Source of the DNA: a virus
Taxonomy: Duplodnaviria > Caudoviricetes
Virus record (IMG/VR): IMGVR_UViG_3300021255_005861
Coordinates: 64,001 to 128,000 of that record
DNA: 64,000 bases
Strand: one strand, 5' to 3'
The stretch's first letter is position 1. Every line of letters begins with the position of its first letter. Positions 10,049 to 19,884 of the stretch are shown here, in pieces. The notes beneath the pieces were generated by a model, which did not search any database, was not told the DNA's origin, and was given only the letters and a program-made list of their open reading frames with translations. A program made the translations under genes and the position numbers.

Positions 10049-10645
10049 TTGCAGACCCTCTATGTACCGAAATACAACCTGCACTACCGAGTGAACCCGA
10101 GGAACCCCCGCGAGCTCCAGTGGTCGCGCAAGCCGTTCGGTCCGGCCACCCAGTGGCAGCACGCGATGTCCTTCAAGAACCCCATCCGAGCCCTCGACCT
10201 CGACGACGAGACGAAGCAGGGTGTAGTTGTACTTAACGACAGCACCACGTACGTAGGGTCCGGCGTCCGTACGTGGGGGCGCAAGTTCTACCCCGCGGGA
10301 ACACGTATCTATAGCCTCTACGCTATCGGAGAATCAACGGAGAAAAAACCTATGTCCAAACTCAAGATTAAAGTACGCGAAGCATTCGGCGGTCCCTGCA
10401 CCCCGAAGGAACTCAAGAACGAGATGGCCAAAGTAATCTCGGACTTCCACAAATACATCGGCGAGCACAAGGGCAACGACCGCTATACCGGCACCGTCGC
10501 CTTCTACATCGACGACCTGGGCTACGGCAGCACCGAGGACGACAAGAAGGTGGTGCTGGACGTCATCGAGCTCCTCCGCAACGAACTCCTTCAGCTCAAG
10601 TCCATGATAGAGGACTCGCCCGTACCGGAGAATGACAATGCTTAA
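10049..10645 (+). CDS. Hypothetical protein, apparently two fused units
   Basis: RBS GGAG with TTG start; internal GGAG and ATG at 10352 (MSKLKIKVREA). Confidence 0.6.
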   Translation: MQTLYVPKYNLHYRVNPRNPRELQWSRKPFGPATQWQHAMSFKNPIRALDLDDETKQGVVVLNDSTTYVGSGVRTWGRKFYPAGTRIYSLYAIGESTEKKPMSKLKIKVREAFGGPCTPKELKNEMAKVISDFHKYIGEHKGNDRYTGTVAFYIDDLGYGSTEDDKKVVLDVIELLRNELLQLKSMIEDSPVPENDNA

Positions 10646-10994
10646 AATAAAAGTTTCAGAGGGCAAGCGCGAACTCCGCAACAAGCTCTACAATGCGCTA
10701 AAGCCCATCAACGGCAAGTTCTACAACAAGTCCCGCTCCGTCCTCGCCCTGGACGACTTCAAGCGCATCATGGACGGGACGCTCCCGAAGGGAATGCACT
10801 ACACGCTGGGCTCCCTCCACGACGGCATGAAACTCGACCGCGACGGCTCCGGCCACTTCTGGTTCGAGTTCCCCTTCTCGGTGCAGGAGGACGGCACGCT
10901 GAAGGAGGTGCTCTCCGGGCTCATCACGCTTTCCCCGTCAGGTACCGAGGACGACCCGATGCACCGCTACGACACTACTATCCAGATTTTCTAG
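10632..10994 (+). CDS. Hypothetical protein with tag MLKIKVSE
   Basis: RBS GGAG; phage codon bias. Confidence 0.7.
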   Translation: MTMLKIKVSEGKRELRNKLYNALKPINGKFYNKSRSVLALDDFKRIMDGTLPKGMHYTLGSLHDGMKLDRDGSGHFWFEFPFSVQEDGTLKEVLSGLITLSPSGTEDDPMHRYDTTIQIF

Positions 10995-11005
10995 GAGGTT
11001 TCACA

Positions 11006-11842
11006 ATGACTAAGTTCATTCGCCCCGACCACGAGTACACAAAGCAGAAACCCGGCTACCCCAAGCCCTTCGATCCCGCATACCACGACGACATCACGCG
11101 CCAGGTGTGGCAATATATCAAGGACCACAAGGAACTAGGCCTGGACAGCGGGTGGAAGGGACACACCTTCGTAGTCCTGGACGGGAAAAATGAACTCGCC
11201 CGCATCGACTACGACCGCGACACCGACAGCATCAAGGTGGACGTGAAGGGCATCACGAAGTCCTTCCCGTTCGACGGCGCCACCATCGAGGACGTGCTCC
11301 TCCCGGTCATCGACAATGCCAAGGACGAGGCCGCCAAGACCATCTGGGCGGTCAAGTTCGACACGCCCGAAATCGCCCTTGACGAGGAATACTACTTCCG
11401 CGACGCCTGGGGACACGTGGTCAACACCGCCGTAGTGGGAGACACTGTGTACCTCGAGCCTGATGGAGACAAGGGCGAGAAGGCCATCAAGGAATGGTAC
11501 GGGGACAAGGTGTCCCGTGTGCAGATGACCGACGAGGTATATGCGATTCTCCACCCGTCCGAGTCCAAGAAGTGCGAGCGCCTCTCCGACTACGGCTACG
11601 ATGACATCGTGAAGGAGATCGCGGGCGAAGTAGAGCATACCTTCGCCGACGAGGAAATCTATGACAAGACGGACAAGTACGACGTGAAAGTAGCACTGGC
11701 GAAGGCGCTCCGTACGTGGGCCCCGGACCTGCTCCTGAACATCGCCGAGGACGCCATGGAGAAACTCGGGTACTTCGCCAAGGACTACGACGCCTTTATG
11801 TCCGTGGTGAATGATGCAGTAGGCGATGCACTGAACGACTAG
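11006..11842 (+). CDS. Multi-module hypothetical protein
   Basis: RBS GGAGG; PSESKKCE linker before an acidic C-terminal module. Confidence 0.7.
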   Translation: MTKFIRPDHEYTKQKPGYPKPFDPAYHDDITRQVWQYIKDHKELGLDSGWKGHTFVVLDGKNELARIDYDRDTDSIKVDVKGITKSFPFDGATIEDVLLPVIDNAKDEAAKTIWAVKFDTPEIALDEEYYFRDAWGHVVNTAVVGDTVYLEPDGDKGEKAIKEWYGDKVSRVQMTDEVYAILHPSESKKCERLSDYGYDDIVKEIAGEVEHTFADEEIYDKTDKYDVKVALAKALRTWAPDLLLNIAEDAMEKLGYFAKDYDAFMSVVNDAVGDALND

Positions 11843-11897
11843 AACTTTCCGCAAACATAGGTATGGCGGGCACTACGGTGCCCGCTATATTTGTACC

Positions 11898-12113
11898 ATG
11901 AACGCTTCCGACTTACCTAGACCCATATCCATGGACTACGCCCCCGCGAATTGCGGAGAGCGCACGTCTGCCGGCACCAAGCGCTCGTGCATATACTGCG
12001 GGCGCAAGACCTACCGTTACGTCATGTCCAAGCCAGTGTGCTCCTACTGCACGCCCAGGGCGGGCAAGCTCGCCCGCGAGTGGAACGACAAGCTCCCGCA
12101 CGGTGACGGCTAG
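11898..12113 (+). CDS. Small zinc-ribbon protein
   Basis: CIYC..CSYC; TATATT 6 nt upstream of the ATG. Confidence 0.55.
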   Translation: MNASDLPRPISMDYAPANCGERTSAGTKRSCIYCGRKTYRYVMSKPVCSYCTPRAGKLAREWNDKLPHGDG

Positions 12114-12130
12114 CCCCCTATATTGGTAGC

Positions 12131-14380
12131 ATGAGTAATGCCATAGCCAACATGAGCCAGTCCGACCTGTACAAGGCGGCGGCACTTGCCGAGGGGTACG
12201 AGTCCGTACCCGTAGACATAGAAACGTTTATTAACGACCCGCAGTACCTCGGACAACTGTTCGCAGGCAACGTCTATCCTTACTGGATGGAGCGCCTGAA
12301 GAAGATATACCCGAATCCGTTCTATTCCCCTGCGCAGGAAATACTAATAACCGGCTGTATAGGCGCCGGAAAGAGTGTTACCTTTTACACACAAGTTTGT
12401 TGTGAGAATACGAAAAAACTAGCAAAGAATATTACGCTTGGCGACAAGGTGTGCGGCACGGACGGGCGCTACTACCCCGTGCTCGGCATCTTCCCGCAGG
12501 GTGTCCTCCATACCTACACGCTGGACGTGCAGCTCCAATCCCCTGACGGAGACCCTGATGACGAGCCCTACGATAGCGTGGACACCAGCGACGACCATAT
12601 CTGGACGGTATACGAGGACGGGGACAAGAAGGACATGCTCACGTCCGAAATCGTGGAAGGCTTGAAGGCTGGCCGTACCTTCTGCCTGCCTACATTGTAT
12701 GGCGACCCAGGTAGGTACTTTTGTGGGTGGCATGACGCAGGATTCCAGGAATGCGTCTGTTTCCATGTGGGCAGCCCCGACCATTTGTTCGCCGTGAACA
12801 ACGGCACGTTCACGCACAATACCACGGTATCGCTCATAGGCATCCTATACGACCTGTACCGCATAACGCTCCTACGCAACCCGCACAAGAAGTGGCACCT
12901 AATCCCCACAACGCATATCGTGTTTACGCTCATCACGGCGACGATGGATCTCGCAGGAGTGGTTCTTGCCGACCAGATCATCGACGCCATATCGGCCTCC
13001 CCGTACTTCTGCTCAAAGTTGATGCCGGGTAAAGGAGACCACATCGATGAGGATATGTTCCCTCATCGCGTGGGGATATCCTTCGGTTCCCGCCAGCGTC
13101 ATAGCATGGGTAAGGCTGTTATCGGTGCTATCCTTGACGAGGCGAACTTCCAGGACGCGGTTGCCGACCAGGCGGTAAAGAACTACAACAGCATCAAGCG
13201 TCGTATGGAATCCCGCTTCATGTCCAAGGGCGGGGAACTGCCCTGCCGCCTGTGGATAGTCTCGTCCCGTACGGACAATGCTTCCTTCCTGGAGAGCCAT
13301 ATCGACGCCAACCGGAACAATCCCAAGGCGTTCATATATGAACCCGCCATATGGGAGATCAAGGCGCACCTCGGCATCTACAGCGGGAAGACATTTCCCG
13401 TGTTCATCGGCTCGGACGTGGAGCAACCAAGAATCCTACATTCGGAAAAGGAGATGGACGACTACATGGGGCGGACCATACAGGTGCCCGTAGAACTCCA
13501 GGAGTCCTTCGAGAACAACCTGCCGGGAGCATTGCAGGACTTGGCGGGCGTGGCCACCCGCAACGGCGTCAACCTCATATACAACGTGGAGGCACTAGAC
13601 AGGTCGATGTGCCTCGACAACTGCATGAAGTCCGACGAACTGCACCTCACGCTCGACGGCGACGACCAGATCGCCGACTTCTACAAGGGCAACCTACCGC
13701 AGGGCAAGTACTACGTCCACCTGGACGGCGGCCTCAAGAGCGACCGCTTCGGCTTTGCCATGACCCGAGTCACCGAGCACATATCGGTGGATGTGACCTC
13801 CGCCGTGGACGGTATGAAGACGAGCCGCATCAGCCCCTCCGTGGAAACCCCCCTCGTGTTCGGCATCAAGGCGCTCCCCGGATCCGAGGTGCCGTTCTGG
13901 AAGGTGAGGCAGTTCCTCGTGTACCTGCGCTCCCAGAAGGTAAGCATCGCCCTCGTCACGTGCGATGGCTACCAGTCCGCCGACATGATGCAGTTGCTGA
14001 TTAAATTGGGCTTCAACGCCAAGTACGCCTCCGTGGACCGCACGAAGGACCCGTATTTGAAACTGAGCAGCAACATACTGCTCGGGCTCATAAAGATGCC
14101 CAAGTCCCCTATCCTGCGCAACGAACTGATGAACCTGCAGAACCTGCCCAAGAAGATAGACCACCCCGCCACGATAATGGTGGACGGGAAGCAGGTCGCG
14201 GGCGGAAAGGACATCGCGGACGCCGTGGCCGCCAGTTCCTACGAGGCGATAGGGGCGTCCATGACGCTCGGCGCATCCTCGCTCATCAATATGCAGAAGA
14301 GCGCCCCCGTGCACATGAACATGCGGGAGCGCCAGGAGTTCGTGATGGAGAAATTCCTCAAGATACCGGTTCGGCGGTAG
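12131..14380 (+). CDS. terL: Terminase large subunit (intein-containing)
   Basis: Walker A GCIGAGK/T, Walker B AILDE, nuclease YYVHLD..., TCDGYQS, KIDHP...KDIADAVA. Confidence 0.88.
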   Translation: MSNAIANMSQSDLYKAAALAEGYESVPVDIETFINDPQYLGQLFAGNVYPYWMERLKKIYPNPFYSPAQEILITGCIGAGKSVTFYTQVCCENTKKLAKNITLGDKVCGTDGRYYPVLGIFPQGVLHTYTLDVQLQSPDGDPDDEPYDSVDTSDDHIWTVYEDGDKKDMLTSEIVEGLKAGRTFCLPTLYGDPGRYFCGWHDAGFQECVCFHVGSPDHLFAVNNGTFTHNTTVSLIGILYDLYRITLLRNPHKKWHLIPTTHIVFTLITATMDLAGVVLADQIIDAISASPYFCSKLMPGKGDHIDEDMFPHRVGISFGSRQRHSMGKAVIGAILDEANFQDAVADQAVKNYNSIKRRMESRFMSKGGELPCRLWIVSSRTDNASFLESHIDANRNNPKAFIYEPAIWEIKAHLGIYSGKTFPVFIGSDVEQPRILHSEKEMDDYMGRTIQVPVELQESFENNLPGALQDLAGVATRNGVNLIYNVEALDRSMCLDNCMKSDELHLTLDGDDQIADFYKGNLPQGKYYVHLDGGLKSDRFGFAMTRVTEHISVDVTSAVDGMKTSRISPSVETPLVFGIKALPGSEVPFWKVRQFLVYLRSQKVSIALVTCDGYQSADMMQLLIKLGFNAKYASVDRTKDPYLKLSSNILLGLIKMPKSPILRNELMNLQNLPKKIDHPATIMVDGKQVAGGKDIADAVAASSYEAIGASMTLGASSLINMQKSAPVHMNMRERQEFVMEKFLKIPVRR
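12374..12820 (+). other. Mini-intein (149 aa, no homing endonuclease) inside the terminase Walker A motif
   Basis: GAGK|SVTFYT...SDDHIWTV (block B His)...NGTFTHN|T. Confidence 0.88.
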
Positions 14381-14744
14381 GCTTCTTTCCGTAGTCCTCG
14401 CCGTAGATGACCTTGGCCCCGATTATCTCGCGCAGGGCGTAGCGGGTCTTGCCGTTGAGGTTGTCGTGCTGCATCCTGTAGAACTCGACGCAGTTCTCCA
14501 CGGGGAGGTCCTTGAACAGGTTGACGACTGTCGCGTCGGCGGGTTCCTTGTAGGAGGGCTTCTTGCGGTTTTCGGGGGCGGGGCCGTCGGGATAAATGGT
14601 TTTTGTTCCTACGAGGGCTCGCATGAGGAAGCGGGACTGGAAGGGGAATTCCTGGGCGTGCTCCTTATAGAACGTCAGCGCCTCGTTGATGGGGGCTTTC
14701 GAGAACCAGTTCAGTTTTTCCTTCAGCTCCAGTGGGATGTTCAT
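14358..14744 (-). CDS. Hypothetical protein with two internal repeats
   Basis: RBS AGGAG; LVGTKTIY / IIGAKVIY repeats. Confidence 0.65.
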   Translation of the reverse strand: MNIPLELKEKLNWFSKAPINEALTFYKEHAQEFPFQSRFLMRALVGTKTIYPDGPAPENRKKPSYKEPADATVVNLFKDLPVENCVEFYRMQHDNLNGKTRYALREIIGAKVIYGEDYGKKPTAEPVS

Positions 14745-14806
14745 AGTGGGTCTCCTATATTGTGGGTAGAAAAAATATAGTAAGTGGGCAAAATCTTACT
14801 TTTTAC

Positions 14807-14835
14807 TTGCCAAATTGTTAGGAAATATATATATT
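14807..14835 (+). promoter_or_regulatory. Sigma70-like promoter
   Basis: TTGCCA-17 nt-TATATT. Confidence 0.65.
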
Positions 14836-14916
14836 AAGTACCGTGCAATGAGTTTTAGTCTCATATACGCCCGTACTTGTATATTGGACAGATTTGAATT
14901 ATTTTTTTAGTTCAAG

Positions 14917-14954
14917 AAAATCCTTAGGAAGTACGGGTTCCTAGGGTTTTTTTT
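14917..14954 (+). terminator. Terminator hairpin (possibly conditional)
   Basis: AAAATCC-T-TAGGAA / TTCCTA-GGGTTTT plus T8; AAGTACGGG (14929-14937) is complementary to CCCGTACTT (14870-14878). Confidence 0.6.
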
Positions 14955-14964
14955 GTACCCATAT

Positions 14965-15625
14965 ATGAGTCTAGGCATTGTATGGGCGGGAGCGACTCCC
15001 GTTACGGCGACGGCCCTGGTTTCCACGTAGGAGTGGTTATCCACGGGGGGCTGATAGAAACGAATAGACCGACTACTAGAAAAACCACAATCCATGAACA
15101 GACATAGGCGCGAGCACTGGAGGGGAATCCGAGAGTTGCGCACGAACTGCCTACGGGCAGATGCCCCCATCGGGGGACAGGCGAGAACGCCGAACTGCGG
15201 AAAACAAGTCTGCCGTGAATCCCACGGGCAGTGAGACCGCGACGGAAACCGAGCCAGCGAGCCACGGCGTCCGCACCTAAAGTGAGCGGCTGATGGCGGC
15301 ACGAGAACATGCCATCAGGCTTTCTATAAGGGCAGTGCAGCGGTGCCAGCCATACCCGTCCGAGTGACGCCCAGCACGCGTCACACATCCCGCCTTTTAA
15401 CAGTAATGTTGGTAATTACGTTCGAGAAGCCTGCACACAGGAAGACCGGCGCAGTTGGGCTACGACCCAGTAGAACGTAGCGGAGCAATCCGCCTGTCGC
15501 ACTCCAGACGCATACGAAGCCGGCCATGAGCCGAATTAGCGGTGGAGAGGATAGTCTACTTTCCGTTTTGGGGGGTAAACTGTCCTCTCCACCGCACCGA
15601 GCCGGCGCCGAGCCGAGGCGCGTTG
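14965..15625 (+). ncRNA. Putative large structured non-coding RNA (family not identified)
   Basis: No credible ORF; dense hairpins at 15147-15160, 15164-15176, 15290-15318, 15364-15384 and a long stem at 15539-15595; strand inferred from the upstream promoter. Confidence 0.5.
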
Positions 15626-15923
15626 ACGAGTTCACGAGTTAATGAGTTGAGGCGTATGAGGATGTGTGGGTGCATACGGCGGGCATGAAGGACGAACGCA
15701 GTTCGGCGTGAATGTGGAATAGGGTGAAGCCTGTGTAGGACGAACGCAGTTCGCCTGGAACACGGCGAACGAGATGACGCCGTATGTGATGGATACGAGT
15801 AAGAGCGTATGACGAGTATAGCGCGTGCTGTGCCACGATGGTTTCTAGGTAGGAGGGCTAGGTAAGAAAAATGTAAGTTGCGATGTGGTAGAGATTTAGG
15901 TATATTTAGACAAGGAGAGACAA

Positions 15924-16361
15924 GTGAGAATCAAGGTTAGCGATAGACAGCGTAACGAGATGTCCCGTGTGGGGAATCTCGGGGAGTTCGAGGTGCAGGT
16001 TTGGAGCAAGGATTGCGGTCCTGCCGTATGGACGCCTGCTCACGTATATATCTATATCCCTCATGTACACGTCTATAGTGAGGTCTCGGGACTGGATGCC
16101 TGCATCAAACTGGCTGAACCTATGTACTTTCCTTACGGCCCACACGTAGATATCCTAAACGAATCGCAGCGTAAGATGTTCAACGAGTTCATGCACCGCC
16201 CGCACCGTACAGGAAAGTTCACATCCAACTACGAGTACGCCGTGTTTCTGTGGAACGACAACAACTCGTCCCACGAGATAGAGTTGAAACTGGACGCTAA
16301 CGGGGAGGTCATTATTCCCGACTATAGCGAAATTGCAAAATATGTACCCAATAGGAGTTAG
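15924..16361 (+). CDS. DUF4160-like protein with N-terminal tag
   Basis: GTG start after AGGAG; MRIKVSDRQRNE|MSRVG..., PHVHV motif, C-terminal PDY. Confidence 0.6.
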   Translation: MRIKVSDRQRNEMSRVGNLGEFEVQVWSKDCGPAVWTPAHVYIYIPHVHVYSEVSGLDACIKLAEPMYFPYGPHVDILNESQRKMFNEFMHRPHRTGKFTSNYEYAVFLWNDNNSSHEIELKLDANGEVIIPDYSEIAKYVPNRS

Positions 16362-16364
16362 TTT

Positions 16365-16895
16365 ATGAATATCCGAGTACGAAATGCCCTGTCGGCGCTT
16401 AATGAGCAGGCTATCAAGATTTCAAGCTATACCGACAAGGCTATAGACCTCAGCGAGCAGATTCTGTATCACTGCTCGTACTTTCTGCTATACAATGCAT
16501 CCCAGACCTTCCCGCATTGGAAGAAGGACGTGTATGCATTCGTTAAGCCGCTCAAGGCGATGGCGGTCAAGTCCGGGGACAAGCAGGAGGCTACTTACGA
16601 GGGGCTTATGGAGGGACCTTGCGGCAAGGACTTCTGCGAGTATCGAGACCCGGAAACTGCCCGCAGGCTGTTCAAGGACATCTATGACAGCGAGGACATT
16701 CCGCATTCGTTCGACTACGATATGGACAATCCGAAGAACCAGGATGTATACTTCGGGGCAATCTCGGCATTCTATAACGAGTTTCTTATCCCGTGGATAG
16801 CACAGACGGACAAATTCCCGGATCCGGAACCCCTAAATTCCGCTATAGATACGTATCTCGTTGCACGGCAGAAGGACTTTGTACAGCCGCTATAA
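16365..16895 (+). CDS. DUF29-like helical protein with N-terminal tag
   Basis: MNIRVRNALSALNE; ILYH...HWKKDVYAF pattern. Confidence 0.5.
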   Translation: MNIRVRNALSALNEQAIKISSYTDKAIDLSEQILYHCSYFLLYNASQTFPHWKKDVYAFVKPLKAMAVKSGDKQEATYEGLMEGPCGKDFCEYRDPETARRLFKDIYDSEDIPHSFDYDMDNPKNQDVYFGAISAFYNEFLIPWIAQTDKFPDPEPLNSAIDTYLVARQKDFVQPL

Positions 16896-16903
16896 TTACT
16901 CTC

Positions 16904-17647
16904 ATGAGCATAGATGAAGAACTCTGGAAATTCAGCGACATCTTCTTCGAGGAGGAGACGCACCGCTACACGGACTCCTATGGGACTAAGTACACCTCCG
17001 TAACAACGAAGGTCCACGACTTCTGCCCCGAGCAGGACTGGGACGAGATCGCCCGCAAGTACGCCGTGAAGAACGGCAGGGACGTGAACGAGGTCAAGGC
17101 CGAGTGGGACCTGAAGAAGAACATCGCCGCCGACATGGGCACGCAGGTCCACAGTTATATGGAGAACCTGTGGAAGCGCAAGCACTACCGCCCCGAGAAG
17201 CCTATAGGGGACTACGAGAAGAAGCACAAGGTGGGCCTGATGGCGTACGAGAAACTGCGCCGCCGTTTCGTTCCCGTGCGGAACGAGCTTATCGTGTACG
17301 ACCGCGAGTGGGCGGTTTGCGGCACTATAGACTTCCTGTGCTGGGACAAGGGGAAGGGATGCTTGGCCATCCTGGACTGGAAGACGAACGCCAAGATAGA
17401 CCGGGAGAACCCGTACCAGACGTGCATCGGGCCATTGCATGGGATGCCGGACTGCAACTACACGCACTACTCGGCGCAGTTATCCTTGTACAAGGCTATA
17501 GTGGAGCGGAACACGGAGCTCCGGATAGGGGAGTTGGCGCTGGTGCACATCGGGATGGACGACTGGGAGTACATCCCGTGTATCGACCGCTCGGTAGAAA
17601 TTAGAGTATATTTGGATGAACAAAGGAAAAAGAATGCGAATAATTAA
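16904..17647 (+). CDS. PD-(D/E)XK exonuclease
   Basis: YTSVTT, GTQVH, CGTID, ILDWKT, YSAQLSLY. Confidence 0.85.
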   Translation: MSIDEELWKFSDIFFEEETHRYTDSYGTKYTSVTTKVHDFCPEQDWDEIARKYAVKNGRDVNEVKAEWDLKKNIAADMGTQVHSYMENLWKRKHYRPEKPIGDYEKKHKVGLMAYEKLRRRFVPVRNELIVYDREWAVCGTIDFLCWDKGKGCLAILDWKTNAKIDRENPYQTCIGPLHGMPDCNYTHYSAQLSLYKAIVERNTELRIGELALVHIGMDDWEYIPCIDRSVEIRVYLDEQRKKNANN

Positions 17648-18695
17648 GATGAACCCCGACATGGACGTGCGGGAACAACTAGCGTCCGACATGAACAACT
17701 CCATCTTCCTTGCCGGCCCGTGCCCCCGCAAGGACTACTCCGACGATTGGCGCAACGAGGCCTTCCGCATTCTTGATGAACTCGGCTTCGACGGCAACGT
17801 GATAACCCCTACCAACGACCGCTTCCAGGAACTGCGGGACAACTACGGGAACGACGCCCTCGTACAGCAGACCCGCTGGGAGTACGAGGCCATGAAGAAG
17901 GCCTCCGCCATCGTGTTCTGGGTGGATAGGCATATCGACAGGGGATTCCCCGCCTTCACTACGAACATCGAGTTCGGGGACTGGTATGACAGGGAAGGTA
18001 CCTACTTCGGCTTCCCCGATGGTGCTGACAAGAACGAGTACCTGAAGGTGCGCCTGGACATGGTGGGCAAGCCATACTACACGGAACTGAAGGACGTGCT
18101 CAAGGCAGCGGTGGACGCCCTAAACCGCCCCGGACAGCGGTTTTTCACCTCGGACACGCACTTCTCGCAGGAGAGGACACGTGAACTCTCCCGCAGGCCG
18201 TTCCCCAATCTCTACGAGATGGACCTCGAAATGATTTCCAACTGGAACAAGGCGGTGACGATGAACGACACCGTGTTCCACGCGGGTGACTTCGGGGATA
18301 TCGAGACGATGCGGGACATCCTGTCCTGCCTGAACTACAAGACGCTAGTACTGGTGCTCGGTAACTACGACCGTAAGATAGTGTCCGAGATAGAGAACGA
18401 GCTCTCCATGCTCGGCAGGGACGTCGTAATCTCCTCCGTGGAGAGCTTCGAGGAGGACAGCAAGACATATTACGTGGTGCACGAGCCGGACGAGGGGACG
18501 TACGTGCCGGAATACCCCGAGGGCATCGTGCTGTATGGGCACATCCACGGCAGGTCGTTCGCCAAGCGTAACGGCTTCGACCTGGCTACGGACTACCACC
18601 GCTACACGCCCATCTCGATGGAGCAGGTCAAGTGGTTCGCCAATGCTATCCAATACTGGGACCATAACGTATTTTGTGATAAGGCCTCGGTATGA
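17634..18695 (+). CDS. Nucleoside 2-deoxyribosyltransferase-like domain fused to a calcineurin-like metallophosphoesterase
   Basis: SIFLAGP..R...WR, WE, TNIEFG; then TSDTHF, GDFG, LGNYD, HEP, GHIHG. Confidence 0.8.
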   Translation: MRIIKMNPDMDVREQLASDMNNSIFLAGPCPRKDYSDDWRNEAFRILDELGFDGNVITPTNDRFQELRDNYGNDALVQQTRWEYEAMKKASAIVFWVDRHIDRGFPAFTTNIEFGDWYDREGTYFGFPDGADKNEYLKVRLDMVGKPYYTELKDVLKAAVDALNRPGQRFFTSDTHFSQERTRELSRRPFPNLYEMDLEMISNWNKAVTMNDTVFHAGDFGDIETMRDILSCLNYKTLVLVLGNYDRKIVSEIENELSMLGRDVVISSVESFEEDSKTYYVVHEPDEGTYVPEYPEGIVLYGHIHGRSFAKRNGFDLATDYHRYTPISMEQVKWFANAIQYWDHNVFCDKASV

Positions 18696-18946
18696 TTATG
18701 GACAAGTACGGAAACGTTGAATTTGATATTCATTGCAAGATGAAGGCACGCTGGGTGCCCTACTTCATCGCTATGCTCAAGCGGATGCAGGCCAACGGCG
18801 AGGCGGGGCATAGTTCCATCCTCGCCTTCTACGCCGACGGGGACGGGGACTTCCGCCCCAAGTTCGTGGCATCCGTGGACGAGCCCTTCCCGCAGACCCG
18901 CAAGTACCCGGACTGCGAGGTTGAGGAATTGTTCGACGCCGGATAA
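18692..18946 (+). CDS. Hypothetical phage protein
   Basis: ATGA overlap; FYADGDGDFRPKF motif. Confidence 0.65.
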   Translation: MIMDKYGNVEFDIHCKMKARWVPYFIAMLKRMQANGEAGHSSILAFYADGDGDFRPKFVASVDEPFPQTRKYPDCEVEELFDAG

Positions 18947-18954
18947 GAAATATC

Positions 18955-19003
18955 TTATTTATTTCTTACATTGTGTATTTATTGCCCTTCAATTAGTTAT
19001 ATT
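18955..19003 (+). promoter_or_regulatory. Phage-specific promoter motif, copy 1
   Basis: TTATTTATTTCTTAC-N26-GTTATATT. Confidence 0.6.
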
Positions 19004-19040
19004 ATGGTTATACGAAACCACACAACAAGAGGATACCACA

Positions 19041-19535
19041 ATGGCAACAAAACTCGTACTCTTCACTCCCGATGAACTCAAGAAATTCTCCTTCAGCGAC
19101 GGGGCTCTCGCCGCCTACGCCTGGGCACTCGCCAACGCAGGCAAGGTGGACGAGGCCGCCGTCAAGGAGTTCATCGCCACCCGCAACTCCATGGCCGAGG
19201 GATTCCGCGACCTGTGGGAAGTGAAATCGTTCTGCGAGAAGCTCGTAGAAACCATCAAGATGGTGGTCAAGCACGCAATGAACGAGGGCGATGAGAAGGA
19301 TCTCCCCAAGTGTGCCTCGTGGAACGCGCAGACCTTCCAGACCAAGTTCAGCGACCCGGTGGGTGCGGCCAAGATCCTTGCCGAGAAGTTCGGGAAGGAC
19401 ATCGCCGAGTTCACCTGCTCCCTCACGCCCACGCAGGCGATGAAGGTGGCGAACATCAACGAGGACGCACTGACGGAAGCGGTCGGGGAGAACTTCGTCA
19501 AGACCCCGAAGGAACGCACCCTCGTCATCAAGTAG
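19041..19535 (+). CDS. Hypothetical protein
   Basis: RBS GAGG; strong codon bias. Confidence 0.75.
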   Translation: MATKLVLFTPDELKKFSFSDGALAAYAWALANAGKVDEAAVKEFIATRNSMAEGFRDLWEVKSFCEKLVETIKMVVKHAMNEGDEKDLPKCASWNAQTFQTKFSDPVGAAKILAEKFGKDIAEFTCSLTPTQAMKVANINEDALTEAVGENFVKTPKERTLVIK

Positions 19536-19544
19536 GCTACTGCC

Positions 19545-19778
19545 ATGACAATGAACGACATGCGAATACTGGAGCGTGCCTACGAGGACGCCCTGCGGGA
19601 GCTTTCTTGCTCGGCCACGGCCATCGCGGACCTCGTGTCTGACGGCCAGCCCGTCCCCGAGGAATTGCTCCGGCGCTATTGGGCGGCGAAACTCGGTGTC
19701 GAGTCCACGCGCCGGGACGTGGAATACTGCCTCTCGCTCGAAATTTCCGAGATTTTGGGCGACATTCCAAAGAAATAA
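19545..19778 (+). CDS. Hypothetical protein
   Basis: Follows the 19041 gene in an operon. Confidence 0.55.
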   Translation: MTMNDMRILERAYEDALRELSCSATAIADLVSDGQPVPEELLRRYWAAKLGVESTRRDVEYCLSLEISEILGDIPKK

Positions 19779-19884
19779 TGTATATTTAGGGACGGATCCA
19801 TTCTTCCTTTGGTTTCCGTTGTTGAGGTTCGGGAGGGGGGAGACAATTCCTCCCTCCCGTTTCCCTTAGAAGGAAAGATAACCG

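Noticed and set aside
14965-15625. tmRNA, RNase P RNA or self-splicing intron
   Set aside because: Diagnostic terminal and catalytic motifs were not found by eye, so it is left as an unidentified structured region
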